Below the pieces are notes generated by a model. It was not told where the DNA came from, did not search any database, and saw only the letters and a program-made list of their open reading frames with translations. A stretch of DNA of 64,000 nt from Candidatus Omnitrophota bacterium (GTDB taxonomy: Bacteria; Omnitrophota; Gorgyraeia; Gygaellales; Profunditerraquicolaceae). Each line of letters begins with the position of its first letter. The first letter of the stretch is position 1. The stretch lies in NCBI GenBank assembly GCA_025453445.1, contig JALOQJ010000006.1:2308-66307 (forward strand), in the 5' to 3' direction. Below are positions 1 to 9,217 of this stretch, piece after piece. The position numbers and the translations under genes are program-made.

Positions 1-16
1 AGAAGTAATAGCACCT

Positions 17-68
17 CTAAATTCCAAATCACAAATTCCAAATCACAAACAAATCCTAAATTTAAAAT
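17..68. repeat. AT-rich caaat/atttg-type intergenic repeat (copy A, single arm; possibly truncated by window edge)
   Basis: aaattccaaatcacaaattccaaatcacaaacaa is near-identical to the reverse complement of the right arm of the palindrome at 3577-3614. Confidence 0.6.
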
Positions 69-264
69 AGCCCCCTTGTAAGCGCTTTCAGAAAGTTTAT
101 CCTATAGCCTTGAAACTACAAAAGTTAAGAGGCATACTCTAAATAGGAGTTTCATTTAACATCTCCCCACCAGCCAAGTTAAGCATGTTTTTGGGGGGAC
201 GGCCGGGTTGCCCATATATTGAAAGGGATTTTTAAGGCGAGGTAACCCGGCCAATAATAATATA

Positions 265-612
265 ATGGCGAGGCTAAAAATGCGTGATTTAGTGTTTAAA
301 AATTTGGTTTCTGACGAAAAGAAAAGAAGAATAATTTCTACTTCTGAGATTAACGAGAATCAGGGGATACGCAGCATCATCCGGCGCCATTTTGTTTATA
401 TCGTAAAGGAACTAACTAATGATGAAATAAATAAGCCTTTGCCATACCTCTATGTTTTAAAGGAACGTAACAATAAAGAGCTGCGGGAAAAATTTTTCTG
501 CAGGATAAAAGGAAGTATATTAGCTGAAAATCGCGGCAAACAGTTATTAATTCTCTTCATGCATTCCCTGAAAATTACCTTTTTAAGCGCGCCACTTCTG
601 AAACAAATTTAA
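265..612 (+). CDS. hypothetical protein (115 aa), weak coding support
   Basis: ORF only; basic/Lys-rich, no recognisable domain; lies upstream of the strong promoter of the next gene. Confidence 0.3.
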   Translation: MARLKMRDLVFKNLVSDEKKRRIISTSEINENQGIRSIIRRHFVYIVKELTNDEINKPLPYLYVLKERNNKELREKFFCRIKGSILAENRGKQLLILFMHSLKITFLSAPLLKQI

Positions 613-630
613 TTGACAATAAGAGAACGT
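603..630 (+). promoter_or_regulatory. sigma70-like promoter (TTGACA-16nt-TATAAT) for the 652..3468 gene
   Basis: Consensus TTGACA at 603-608 and TATAAT at 625-630, 21 nt upstream of the ATG at 652. Confidence 0.55.
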
Positions 631-651
631 ATTGTATAATATTCTCAACTT

Positions 652-3468
652 ATGAATAGAGCTATTTCTTTTCTTATTGTTACAGCTTTTCTTGTTGTAG
701 GATTTTTTGCCTGTCAATCGCCCGCCTTTAGCCAATCTGAAGCATCTATAGCCTATCTTTGTGAAATTGCGGTTAATTTTTATAAGCAAGGTAGGTATGA
801 AGACGCGCTTTCGGAGTTTAAAAAGGTATTGCTGGTTGATCCTAATAATCCTACTGCTAAAGCCTATATCAGCGTAATTTTTAAGCCTGAGCCGGGTTCG
901 ATAACAACGCAGCCAGCAGTAGCAGGTTCAGTAGCACAAGTAACTAAAATAGCTCCTATTGCTCAGGTAAGAAAAGGAATTCCCGCCACTGCAAAACAAC
1001 CTACAGTACAACCGACTGAAACAAAGATTTCCCGTGAAGAAATTATTAACAGCACTTTAAGCAGTTTTGCTAGAAAAGATGCTGTGCAAAAAACTTCCGA
1101 AAGAACGCCTTTGGAGATTGCCGGAGTTGCTATCAGTGGAGAGGCGCAAGTCAGGATGGGGGTAACTCCTAATGATACAATTTGGAAGCGTGCAAACTGG
1201 GATATGAATGAAAAGAATTACCGTATCCTTTCTACTACTGCTTACGACAGAAAAGAAAATACTTACGATACAAGAGTTTATGATAGATTGCGGGTTAATT
1301 TAGACAGCGGTGGAGAAGAAGGTTTAAGTTTTCATAGCAATATTACAGTGGATCCCTGGAGCTATACCGGTAAAAGCAGTAAATTTATGATTGCAGGAGC
1401 TGGCGGAGATTATGCTGATCTTGAATTAAAATATTGGTCTAATACCGGCTATACTATCAATGAAAATGTTAATACAAAATACAACGGTGATTCTTTTAGC
1501 CTGCCGGAAATTAAAGTTGTGGATGGAAAAATCAGTTTACCTAGCTCGGTCAGTTCGGCATATAATAATATTTTTACTCTTCCTGATACAAAAATCTATT
1601 ATGATTTCCAGCCCCTGAGGGAAATGTGGTTTGACTATAAGCAGGATAACCTGAAATTAAGAGTGTATCCATTTGCTTATGAAAATCAGGCCTTGACTTT
1701 TGATGATCCTTTGAAATCTTCTAATAATCGCACCTGGTGGGAAGATAGCCCTTGGCTGCGTTCCTGGACGCATGGAAATTTCAACAGCGGTGCCACACCG
1801 GTTGATTTTACAAGAGGATATTGGGATAAGTCCTTGTCTTTTTTCACCCGGGACAGCGAAGGCCAACGCCTGACATCCATGCGCGGTTTCTCTTTTCAGT
1901 TTAATCCTTTGGAAGAAACTTCAATTCAAACAAGCGTAGCCTCTCCGAAGACTCTTTGGCAGGATTATTCAGAAATCGATAATTTTCTTTCAGCAACCCG
2001 CTTAAAAACAACTTTATTTAATAAAATCGGCATTGGTGTTACTGCTAACACCCGTTTAGGCTATAATATTGATAACGAAAATAAGCTTGATGCGAAGAAT
2101 TACGTTGTTGGAACAGATATCGGATACGAAATTATCGATGGGTTAAAAGCTAATTTTGAATTTCTACATTCCTTATCGAGATACGACACTACTAATTCAA
2201 CTTATCTTAGTAAACTTAGCGGTAATGCGTATCATATTTCTCTTTTAGGCCGGTTTCCTTTTGAGAGCATTATGAAAACAGACTATGGCTATGACGGGAT
2301 TAAGCCGGAAGATTGGGAAGGCTCATTTACTAAATTTCGGATTTTTGCTACACGTATGGATACGGATTATGATAACTCCTTATCATCCTATGTAGAGACG
2401 CGCGATGATGAATGGTGGAGCAGGCATTTACATTTCCGCAAGCCATTTAAGAATTATTATCAGGGAGAGGGGCAGCTTTTAAGCTGGGATGATATCAGTT
2501 CTTATGGTGTTGGAAACGGCGTTGATTACGGCCGCAGTGTTTTGGGCATGCGCGTGGAGTCTTTCTTCTGGGATAGGGCAGTAACAAACCTTTTTGATGT
2601 ACGCAATGTTCACAACACAAAGAATAAATTTCTTGAAAATACTGCGCGTGATGAGTTAACCTGGTCGATAAATGACAGATTAACTACTAAATTCCTTGGT
2701 ATATATCAGAAGATGCCGAAAACAACAGGAGGAATCGATCCTTTTATATTTGATACTACTACCGGCAGGTACCTAACAAATAGTTATATTGACGACGGGA
2801 TGAACGCAACGATATCTACCGGTTCAGCCGGCTTAGAATACAAATTCTTTGATTGGCTTTCTATGAATGGAACCTGGGAATGTACTAATGATGTATCGCT
2901 GGCTTATGATAATTACCCGAGGGGGATATTGAATAGTGCTAACCGTTCTTTTATTAGTATTGATGAGTATAACCGCAGGTACCGCGATATATTGGCATCT
3001 CTTTATAACCAGCAGTATTTCCCGAAACCGCCCTACCCGTATTACAATATTTTTAAAACCGGATTAGGCTTTAATCCTACGGAAAAACTGGGGATCTATT
3101 TTGATTATACGCGCAACCCTTTTGAAAAAGCCGGGCAGGTTGACGATAATATGAACCACGTTGGTTTTGAAGTATCTTATATGCCAATGCAGAAAATATC
3201 CGTTTTCTTTAAATATTCTTTTTCCCGCTGGCAGGACTTAGATAAGCTTCAGGCAGGCAGTACCAAGCTTTACGGCCATCACAATTTTTTCACTGAATTT
3301 ACCTACCGCAAGTCGCAAGATGAGGATCTTACCTTTCAATACGGCGAAGCAAGCAGAGATCCCTATATGGGCGGGGTTTTGGATATCGGCTGGGATCCTT
3401 ATGGCGGTTCATTGAGGACAATCGATACCCAACATATCGTCCGCCTCTATTACCGCAGAAGATTCTAG
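652..3468 (+). CDS. large secreted protein, probable outer-membrane beta-barrel protein with N-terminal TPR-like segment
   Basis: Signal peptide MNRAISFLIVTAFLVVGFFACQSPAFS; TPR-like YKQGRYEDALSEFKKVLLVDPNN; Pro/Thr/Gln-rich linker; long Y/W/N/D/T-rich body; C-terminal ...YYRRRF aromatic terminus typical of OMPs. Confidence 0.8.
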   Translation: MNRAISFLIVTAFLVVGFFACQSPAFSQSEASIAYLCEIAVNFYKQGRYEDALSEFKKVLLVDPNNPTAKAYISVIFKPEPGSITTQPAVAGSVAQVTKIAPIAQVRKGIPATAKQPTVQPTETKISREEIINSTLSSFARKDAVQKTSERTPLEIAGVAISGEAQVRMGVTPNDTIWKRANWDMNEKNYRILSTTAYDRKENTYDTRVYDRLRVNLDSGGEEGLSFHSNITVDPWSYTGKSSKFMIAGAGGDYADLELKYWSNTGYTINENVNTKYNGDSFSLPEIKVVDGKISLPSSVSSAYNNIFTLPDTKIYYDFQPLREMWFDYKQDNLKLRVYPFAYENQALTFDDPLKSSNNRTWWEDSPWLRSWTHGNFNSGATPVDFTRGYWDKSLSFFTRDSEGQRLTSMRGFSFQFNPLEETSIQTSVASPKTLWQDYSEIDNFLSATRLKTTLFNKIGIGVTANTRLGYNIDNENKLDAKNYVVGTDIGYEIIDGLKANFEFLHSLSRYDTTNSTYLSKLSGNAYHISLLGRFPFESIMKTDYGYDGIKPEDWEGSFTKFRIFATRMDTDYDNSLSSYVETRDDEWWSRHLHFRKPFKNYYQGEGQLLSWDDISSYGVGNGVDYGRSVLGMRVESFFWDRAVTNLFDVRNVHNTKNKFLENTARDELTWSINDRLTTKFLGIYQKMPKTTGGIDPFIFDTTTGRYLTNSYIDDGMNATISTGSAGLEYKFFDWLSMNGTWECTNDVSLAYDNYPRGILNSANRSFISIDEYNRRYRDILASLYNQQYFPKPPYPYYNIFKTGLGFNPTEKLGIYFDYTRNPFEKAGQVDDNMNHVGFEVSYMPMQKISVFFKYSFSRWQDLDKLQAGSTKLYGHHNFFTEFTYRKSQDEDLTFQYGEASRDPYMGGVLDIGWDPYGGSLRTIDTQHIVRLYYRRRF

Positions 3469-3482
3469 TCTAAAAAACTGTT

Positions 3483-3612
3483 AAATCCCAAATTACAATA
3501 CACAAATCACAAACAATACTACAATCACAATACCAAAGTTTAATTTTTCGTTTGGAATTTTGGTAATTTGGTATTGGGATTTGTTTGTAATTTGGAATTT
3601 GTGATTTGGGAT
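3483..3612. repeat. ~130-bp imperfect AT-rich palindrome (caaat/atttg repeat family, copy B) between convergent genes; likely bidirectional terminator or MITE-like element
   Basis: Left arm aaatcccaaattacaatacacaaatcacaaacaa vs right arm ttgtttgtaatttggaatttgtgatttgggattt; inner arms caataccaaag/tttggtattg around centre tttaatttttcg. Confidence 0.75.
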
Positions 3613-6600
3613 TTAGTCTAGATATATGTCTATTCTTTTTATGAGGCGTGACCTTATTTGTTCAGCGTAAGGCGAAGGTATGGTGTCCGAGTGTATTTCT
3701 ACTGACAAGCCATTTTTGTCAGCGAATAAGATTTTCTTGGGAGAAACTTTATTTTTCCCAAAGGTATTACATATTTTTGGGTTATGGTATATTACCTGTA
3801 CTTTACTTAAGAAGTTAAAGCTATAGGTTTTATCTTTTTTCGTAAAGAGCCAACCAACAAGCTGAGGATTGAATTTCAGATTAAGCTGATTGTGATTGTT
3901 TAGGAAAAATGGCTGCCTGCCAAGGTTCATTATCAGCCAAATCTGTAGGAATTCAGCAGTAGATCCGGAAAGCCGCGCTACAAAACCGTTGCCATGCAGA
4001 TTTTTATCCGGGAAAGCACTGCTTGTGATAAATGAAGAATTTTCCAGTACGCTGCGGCCGTATACTGTGGGCTTTAATAAAGGGATAAGTACATTTTTAA
4101 AATCTGAGTAAAATTCTTCCGAAAGCCCATGTTTTAAAATTTCCAGTATATATTTATATTCCATATGTAGCCAAATGGATTCGTTTTCCAGCCAGCCGGG
4201 GGTAAATACTTTGCACCTGCCAATTTCTTCGGGCATATCCTTTAAAGAAGCCGTTACTTTATACATCTTTAACTTTTTATCGTAAAGCGGGCTGCTTTTT
4301 ACTGCCTGATAAAGATTTTTAGCTTCAATAGCATTATTGCTTAAACGCAGAGCATGCATTTGTGATTCCAAAAAGAAGGGGATTTTTACTTGCGAAAATT
4401 TTGTCGGCCGGATATAACGGTTATCCAGCGGATCGTATTCTGTAACAGTATTAATAAAATACGCGTAATACATGCCTTCTTTTTTGTTAAATGCTTTAGC
4501 CAGGCCGAAGTCGATTTTAGCCTGCGCCTTATTCAAGAATTCGATTAATTCTCCAGCAGAAACTTCTATTTCTTTCCCGGAAAAGCCCAATAAGGTATCT
4601 TTACGAAAAGCTTCTTTTAAGGCAGTGGCTTTATCCCAATAAATATAGTCTTTGTCCGGAGAATTACTGTCAGTATGTTCCTGAATTATGCCTTTAAGGG
4701 TAGTTAGGAAGCCGCAGATTTCCTTAGTTAAAGATATTTTATCAATGGCAGTTTTTTCTAAGGCAGTTTTGATAGTAATAAGCAGCCTTTTTAATTCAAA
4801 AGTTTCGCACGTAGAAGAGCCGAAAAGAGCAGGCAGGCCGTTTAAGGCATCATACCAGTTGGGTTTATTGGCTTCCATTTCAATACCCACCCCAAAAGGA
4901 TCGAGTGAGGCGAGCTTATTTACAGCCAGGCAAAATAATTTATTCACAAGATTAGTCTGGTAAATTTCTCCTTCGCCGCAGCCAGACCGCATTTTATTGG
5001 GGAAGTGAATCCGTTTTTTAATCAGGTCTTTTTTATGTGCATCTAAAGTAACTGAATTTAACTGGCGGGGTAAGCCGTTATAGAGGGTATATTTTTCGTT
5101 TCTTGGGCGGACAACTTCGCCATTATCAAAATAGGTAAATACTTTTTTGTTAAAGAAAAGTTCTTTTAACTTCTCCGGGTATATAGATAGGTAATTTTCC
5201 AGTAAATCAAGGTTGTATGCCCAGTGGTCAGTCCAGAAGCCTTCGCCATGTTCAGCCTGCTGGATTTTAAGGCACAAGGGAATTAACAAATTAAGAAAAT
5301 CATCGTAAGGAATGTTTAGTTCAAGGTTATTTTTCTGAATAAAAAGGATTAAATTACCGGGTGTAAAAGGCCTCTTCAGGTAAGTGCTAAGTTTTTCAAT
5401 GGTTGTTGAGTCCATAAGGCCTTTTAAAAATGAATTTAGTTTAACCGTATTATCCAAAGCAAAGCTGACGCCTTTAATTACCAGGGGATTAAAACCGTCT
5501 GTTTGCAGAAGATTAAAGAAAGTAATGATATTTTCGTCTTCAATTTCAGGGTTAAACCAGACATCCATACGGCGGTTCTGATTTACATCGCGGTAATTGC
5601 CGTTTCCCTGAGAAAAATACGATGGTTGTATCTGGAATCTGTTATAGTCTCTTTCCAGGTCGCCGTGTTTTCTAGAGTAAATATAAAGAACCGACTTTTT
5701 TCCACCAGATTCAAATACTATAGGATAGCCGCCGCGTATAATATTATCAAGATAAGTCTGGCGGGTGTAGAGGTTGAATTCTTGAGAGCCGGTTTGCGTA
5801 TCAATATCATCTTGCAGCCCGTTAATAATTAATTTATTAGCCGTTCTTTTTTTGGCCAAATATCCGGATTTAATAATTTTAGGAACGAGCCTATTTAGTG
5901 TTGCTTCATTATGCATATAGCCGGAGAGGGAGTAGAAAATTTTTTCTTCTCCCGGTTTAAGCTGGAAATTAGCAGCCATGAATCCGCAGGGGGTTTTATT
6001 ATCGGTAAGTTCATTTTTTGCAGCGATAAAATTATTTTCACTAATAAATTCATAAGGACAGGAAAAGTCAGTTACCGGGCCAAAGATAGATTGAGGACTA
6101 ACAATAGGCTTTATGATCTTTGGAACTTTTTTTTCATAATGGAAAGCCAGATAAAAGTTACCTTCATCAAGATGGATCACTTCAGGCTTATCAGCAGGAT
6201 CTACGGCTAATTTATAAAAAGGAACATTTTGTTTAAGGTTGTTTACGGTCATCCATGCTTCCAGTGTCCGGCTGAGCTCTTTAAGCAGCCAATGATTCAT
6301 TCCAAAAGGAACAATTTGCGGGAGCCCGTCAAGAAACTGTATTTTTTTTGCTGTTTTAGCGGTATTTTTTACGCTGATTATTCTTACTAATGCGGCATAA
6401 GAATCATCGGGAACGGTGAAATATTCAACATTGATTTTAAGCCCAAGTGTAGCATTAGTTTCTTCAAGCTTTAAATCATACGATGAAATCTTCATTTGGT
6501 TGCTAAGTTTAAAGCCTAAATTCACAAAGCCGTTATGGAATGGTTCGTAGAATATATTTTTTTTACTTCCCGAAGAGACTTTAATAAAAGTGCGGAAACC

Positions 6601-6849
6601 CTGTAAGGATGCAAATTGCCATGATTTATTAGCAGGAGAGAATTCTAAAATAGCGTGGTCTTTGTCTTTGATACCGAAGCTGGCGATTGCCTGTCCCCGG
6701 TTAACGTAAAATACCCACATTGGAATACCGTATTTGCCGGCTATCCCTGGGAAGAAATTTGCGAAGGGCTTAGCGTAATTATAATTTTCAATGACAAATT
6801 CGCCTTCGCTATTCAGGTAATACTTTGGGATTTTAGTTTTAGCAGACAT
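3613..6849 (-). CDS. large cytoplasmic protein of unknown function (1078 aa); possibly a distant glycoside hydrolase/phosphorylase-like enzyme (very tentative)
   Basis: Long uninterrupted ORF, no signal peptide; N-terminal pattern (GEFVIENYNYAKPFANFFPG...) and GFWTDHWAYN are loosely reminiscent of GH94-type phosphorylases, but no motif could be confirmed. Confidence 0.8.
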   Translation of the reverse strand: MSAKTKIPKYYLNSEGEFVIENYNYAKPFANFFPGIAGKYGIPMWVFYVNRGQAIASFGIKDKDHAILEFSPANKSWQFASLQGFRTFIKVSSGSKKNIFYEPFHNGFVNLGFKLSNQMKISSYDLKLEETNATLGLKINVEYFTVPDDSYAALVRIISVKNTAKTAKKIQFLDGLPQIVPFGMNHWLLKELSRTLEAWMTVNNLKQNVPFYKLAVDPADKPEVIHLDEGNFYLAFHYEKKVPKIIKPIVSPQSIFGPVTDFSCPYEFISENNFIAAKNELTDNKTPCGFMAANFQLKPGEEKIFYSLSGYMHNEATLNRLVPKIIKSGYLAKKRTANKLIINGLQDDIDTQTGSQEFNLYTRQTYLDNIIRGGYPIVFESGGKKSVLYIYSRKHGDLERDYNRFQIQPSYFSQGNGNYRDVNQNRRMDVWFNPEIEDENIITFFNLLQTDGFNPLVIKGVSFALDNTVKLNSFLKGLMDSTTIEKLSTYLKRPFTPGNLILFIQKNNLELNIPYDDFLNLLIPLCLKIQQAEHGEGFWTDHWAYNLDLLENYLSIYPEKLKELFFNKKVFTYFDNGEVVRPRNEKYTLYNGLPRQLNSVTLDAHKKDLIKKRIHFPNKMRSGCGEGEIYQTNLVNKLFCLAVNKLASLDPFGVGIEMEANKPNWYDALNGLPALFGSSTCETFELKRLLITIKTALEKTAIDKISLTKEICGFLTTLKGIIQEHTDSNSPDKDYIYWDKATALKEAFRKDTLLGFSGKEIEVSAGELIEFLNKAQAKIDFGLAKAFNKKEGMYYAYFINTVTEYDPLDNRYIRPTKFSQVKIPFFLESQMHALRLSNNAIEAKNLYQAVKSSPLYDKKLKMYKVTASLKDMPEEIGRCKVFTPGWLENESIWLHMEYKYILEILKHGLSEEFYSDFKNVLIPLLKPTVYGRSVLENSSFITSSAFPDKNLHGNGFVARLSGSTAEFLQIWLIMNLGRQPFFLNNHNQLNLKFNPQLVGWLFTKKDKTYSFNFLSKVQVIYHNPKICNTFGKNKVSPKKILFADKNGLSVEIHSDTIPSPYAEQIRSRLIKRIDIYLD

Positions 6850-6854
6850 TTTTA

Positions 6855-7295
6855 TTATTCAACCCAGCAGCAGCGTGTTTTATGCGGGGAAGCCGGTGGG
6901 GTGGAACATTCGCTAAAATAACTGGCACCGCTGCCGATAAAAACAGCAAAGCAGGTTTTATCCATACTGCTACAAAAATTGTCACCTGATTCACCGGCAG
7001 GAAGATTATTATATTCAGCGCATTTAAGTTTTGGCCAGTTAGTTTTACATTCGCCATTGAGGCAAAGACCTTTTTCTGTTTTAATTACGCCATCAGCCTT
7101 AAGATTATCGGTTTCAGTATCCTTAGATGAGACTTGTTTTTTGGTTGTTTCAGAAGAAACATTACCCGATTGTCTATTTTTAGTATTATAATCTTCTTGA
7201 GCAGAAAGAATTCCAGCGTATATCATGGAGGTTAAAATTAATAAAGAAACTATAAGTGCTATTTTCAATTTCAGGTTCGTTTTGAATTTTATCAT
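6855..7295 (-). CDS. small secreted cysteine-rich protein (146 aa, 8 Cys in C-terminal 70 aa)
   Basis: Signal peptide MIKFKTNLKLKIALIVSLLILTSMIYAGILSAQ; Ser/Thr/Lys-rich linker; Cys-rich C-terminal module ending RCCWVE; 5 bp upstream of the 1078-aa gene on the same strand. Confidence 0.75.
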   Translation of the reverse strand: MIKFKTNLKLKIALIVSLLILTSMIYAGILSAQEDYNTKNRQSGNVSSETTKKQVSSKDTETDNLKADGVIKTEKGLCLNGECKTNWPKLKCAEYNNLPAGESGDNFCSSMDKTCFAVFIGSGASYFSECSTPPASPHKTRCCWVE

Positions 7296-7447
7296 ATATT
7301 TATCCCTTCTAAGTGAAATATCTTAGCTAATTTATGACACATTGTCAACCTTAAATAATAAAAATAGCAAAAAGAATTTTAAGAAGCATTTTAGCAGATT
7401 ATTTCTAGTATTGTGTAAGTTAAATGAGTAATGCCGTTTTTATTTAC

Positions 7448-7479
7448 TTTACAATTTAGTCTAAGGATGATAATATAAT
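7448..7479 (+). promoter_or_regulatory. possible promoter for gatC giving a leaderless or very short-leader mRNA
   Basis: TTTACA at 7448-7453, 17-nt spacer, TAATAT/TATAAT at 7471-7479; ATG at 7484; no Shine-Dalgarno. Confidence 0.3.
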
Positions 7480-7483
7480 CCTT

Positions 7484-7771
7484 ATGGAAATTACTAAAGA
7501 TACAGTAAAACATGTCGGGCATTTGGCACGTATCGAATTGCAGGATAAAGAGTTAGATACGCTGTCTATCCAGCTGAAGAGTATTTTGGATTTTATTGAC
7601 CAGCTCAAAGAATTGAATACGAAAGATGTGCTGCCTACCAGCCATATATTGCCTTTGAATAATGTTCTCAGGGAGGACGAATGCCGGGATTCTTTAACTA
7701 CTGAGAAAGCCCTGCAAAACGCCCCGCAGAAGAAAGATAATTTCTTTGTCGTGCCAAAAATTATCGAATAA
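7484..7771 (+). CDS. gatC: Asp-tRNA(Asn)/Glu-tRNA(Gln) amidotransferase subunit C
   Basis: 95 aa; typical GatC sequence; immediately precedes gatA-gatB. Confidence 0.9.
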   Translation: MEITKDTVKHVGHLARIELQDKELDTLSIQLKSILDFIDQLKELNTKDVLPTSHILPLNNVLREDECRDSLTTEKALQNAPQKKDNFFVVPKIIE

Positions 7772-7780
7772 GCTATAAAA

Positions 7781-9217
7781 ATGGAATTAAACAAATTAAC
7801 TGCGCATGAATTAATCGGGCAATTAGAAAGTAATAAAATAAAGCCTGATGATATTTTATCTTCGCTTAAACAAAGAATTCAATCTATTAATTCTAAGGTT
7901 AAGGGCTATGTCCGGGTTTCTGATCTTCTTAGTCCACAGCTTGAAGCCCGGAGTTCAAAACTGCCCCTAAAAGGCATTCCCGTTTCCATCAAAGATAATA
8001 TCTGTACCGAAGGGTATAATACAGAATGCTGTTCGAAAATCCTTACTGGCTTTAAGCCTCCATATGATGCGACTGTAATCAAAAAATTAAAAGCAGCAGG
8101 CGCAACCATCCTGCCGATAAAAACTAATATGGATGAGTTTGCTTTTGGCTCATCCACGGAAAATTCTTGTTTTGGGCCTACACATAACCCTTGGAATTTA
8201 GATTGTGTTCCTGGTGGTTCTTCCGGCGGATCAGCTGCAGTTGTGGCTGCTGATGAAGCTATTGTAGCGTTGGGTTCAGATACTGGCGGCTCAATCCGGC
8301 AACCGGCATCTTTTTGCGGAGTGGTTGGTTTAAAGCCTACATATGGCAGGGTATCGAGATATGGTTTAATTGCTTTTGCTTCCAGTCTTGATCAGATTGG
8401 GCCGTTGACTAAAGATGTAGAAGATAATGCCATAATGCTGAATGTAATTTCAGGCTACGATCCGCTTGATTCCACTTCAGTAAATATACCTGTGCCGGAT
8501 TATACAAAAACATTAGGGAAAAATATCAAAGGCTTAAAGATTGCTATTCCCAAAGAATATTTTATCAGCGGGATTGATTCGGAAGTCAAAACTTGTATAG
8601 AAGAAGCGATTAACCAAATGAAACAATTAGGTGCCATTACCAAAGAAGTTTCCCTGCCGCATACAAAATACGCTGTACCGGTTTATTATATTATTGCTAC
8701 AGCTGAAGCAAGTTCCAATTTAGCGCGTTTTGATGCTGTGCAATATGGTTTGCGGGTTAAGGCTGAAAATTTGATTGATATGTATAAAAAAACCCGCGAT
8801 CAGGGCTTTGGAGACGAATCTAAAAGAAGGATTATTCTAGGTACTTTTGCTTTATCTCATGGCTATTACGATGCTTATTATTCAAGGGCACTGAAGGTAA
8901 GAACATTAATTAAGAGTGATTTTGATAGCGTGTTTAAAGAATTTGACTGTATTGTCGCGCCTACTGCTCCTACTACGGCATTTAAAATCGGAGAAAAGAC
9001 AAACGATCCGTTGCAAATGTACCTCTCGGATATTTTTACTATCTCAGCAAACTTAGCAGGAATTCCGGCAATATCCGTGCCTTGTGGTTTTACTAAAAAA
9101 GAACTGCCTGTGGGCTTGCAGATTTTTGCCAAACCATTTGGCGAAGAGATAATTTTACAGGTTGCCCACACGTATGAACAAGCTACGCTGTGGCACAAAA
9201 AGAAAGCAAAATTATAA
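7781..9217 (+). CDS. gatA: Asp-tRNA(Asn)/Glu-tRNA(Gln) amidotransferase subunit A
   Basis: Amidase signature GGSSGGSAAVVAA; 478 aa. Confidence 0.95.
   Translation: MELNKLTAHELIGQLESNKIKPDDILSSLKQRIQSINSKVKGYVRVSDLLSPQLEARSSKLPLKGIPVSIKDNICTEGYNTECCSKILTGFKPPYDATVIKKLKAAGATILPIKTNMDEFAFGSSTENSCFGPTHNPWNLDCVPGGSSGGSAAVVAADEAIVALGSDTGGSIRQPASFCGVVGLKPTYGRVSRYGLIAFASSLDQIGPLTKDVEDNAIMLNVISGYDPLDSTSVNIPVPDYTKTLGKNIKGLKIAIPKEYFISGIDSEVKTCIEEAINQMKQLGAITKEVSLPHTKYAVPVYYIIATAEASSNLARFDAVQYGLRVKAENLIDMYKKTRDQGFGDESKRRIILGTFALSHGYYDAYYSRALKVRTLIKSDFDSVFKEFDCIVAPTAPTTAFKIGEKTNDPLQMYLSDIFTISANLAGIPAISVPCGFTKKELPVGLQIFAKPFGEEIILQVAHTYEQATLWHKKKAKL

Noticed and set aside
1657-1880. Two small antisense ORFs inside the 938-aa OMP gene, and similar antisense ORFs in the 1078-aa gene (3896..4111, 4688..4963, 5384..5832, 5911..6210)
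   Set aside because: They are fully nested and antisense within long well-supported ORFs, with no independent signals.
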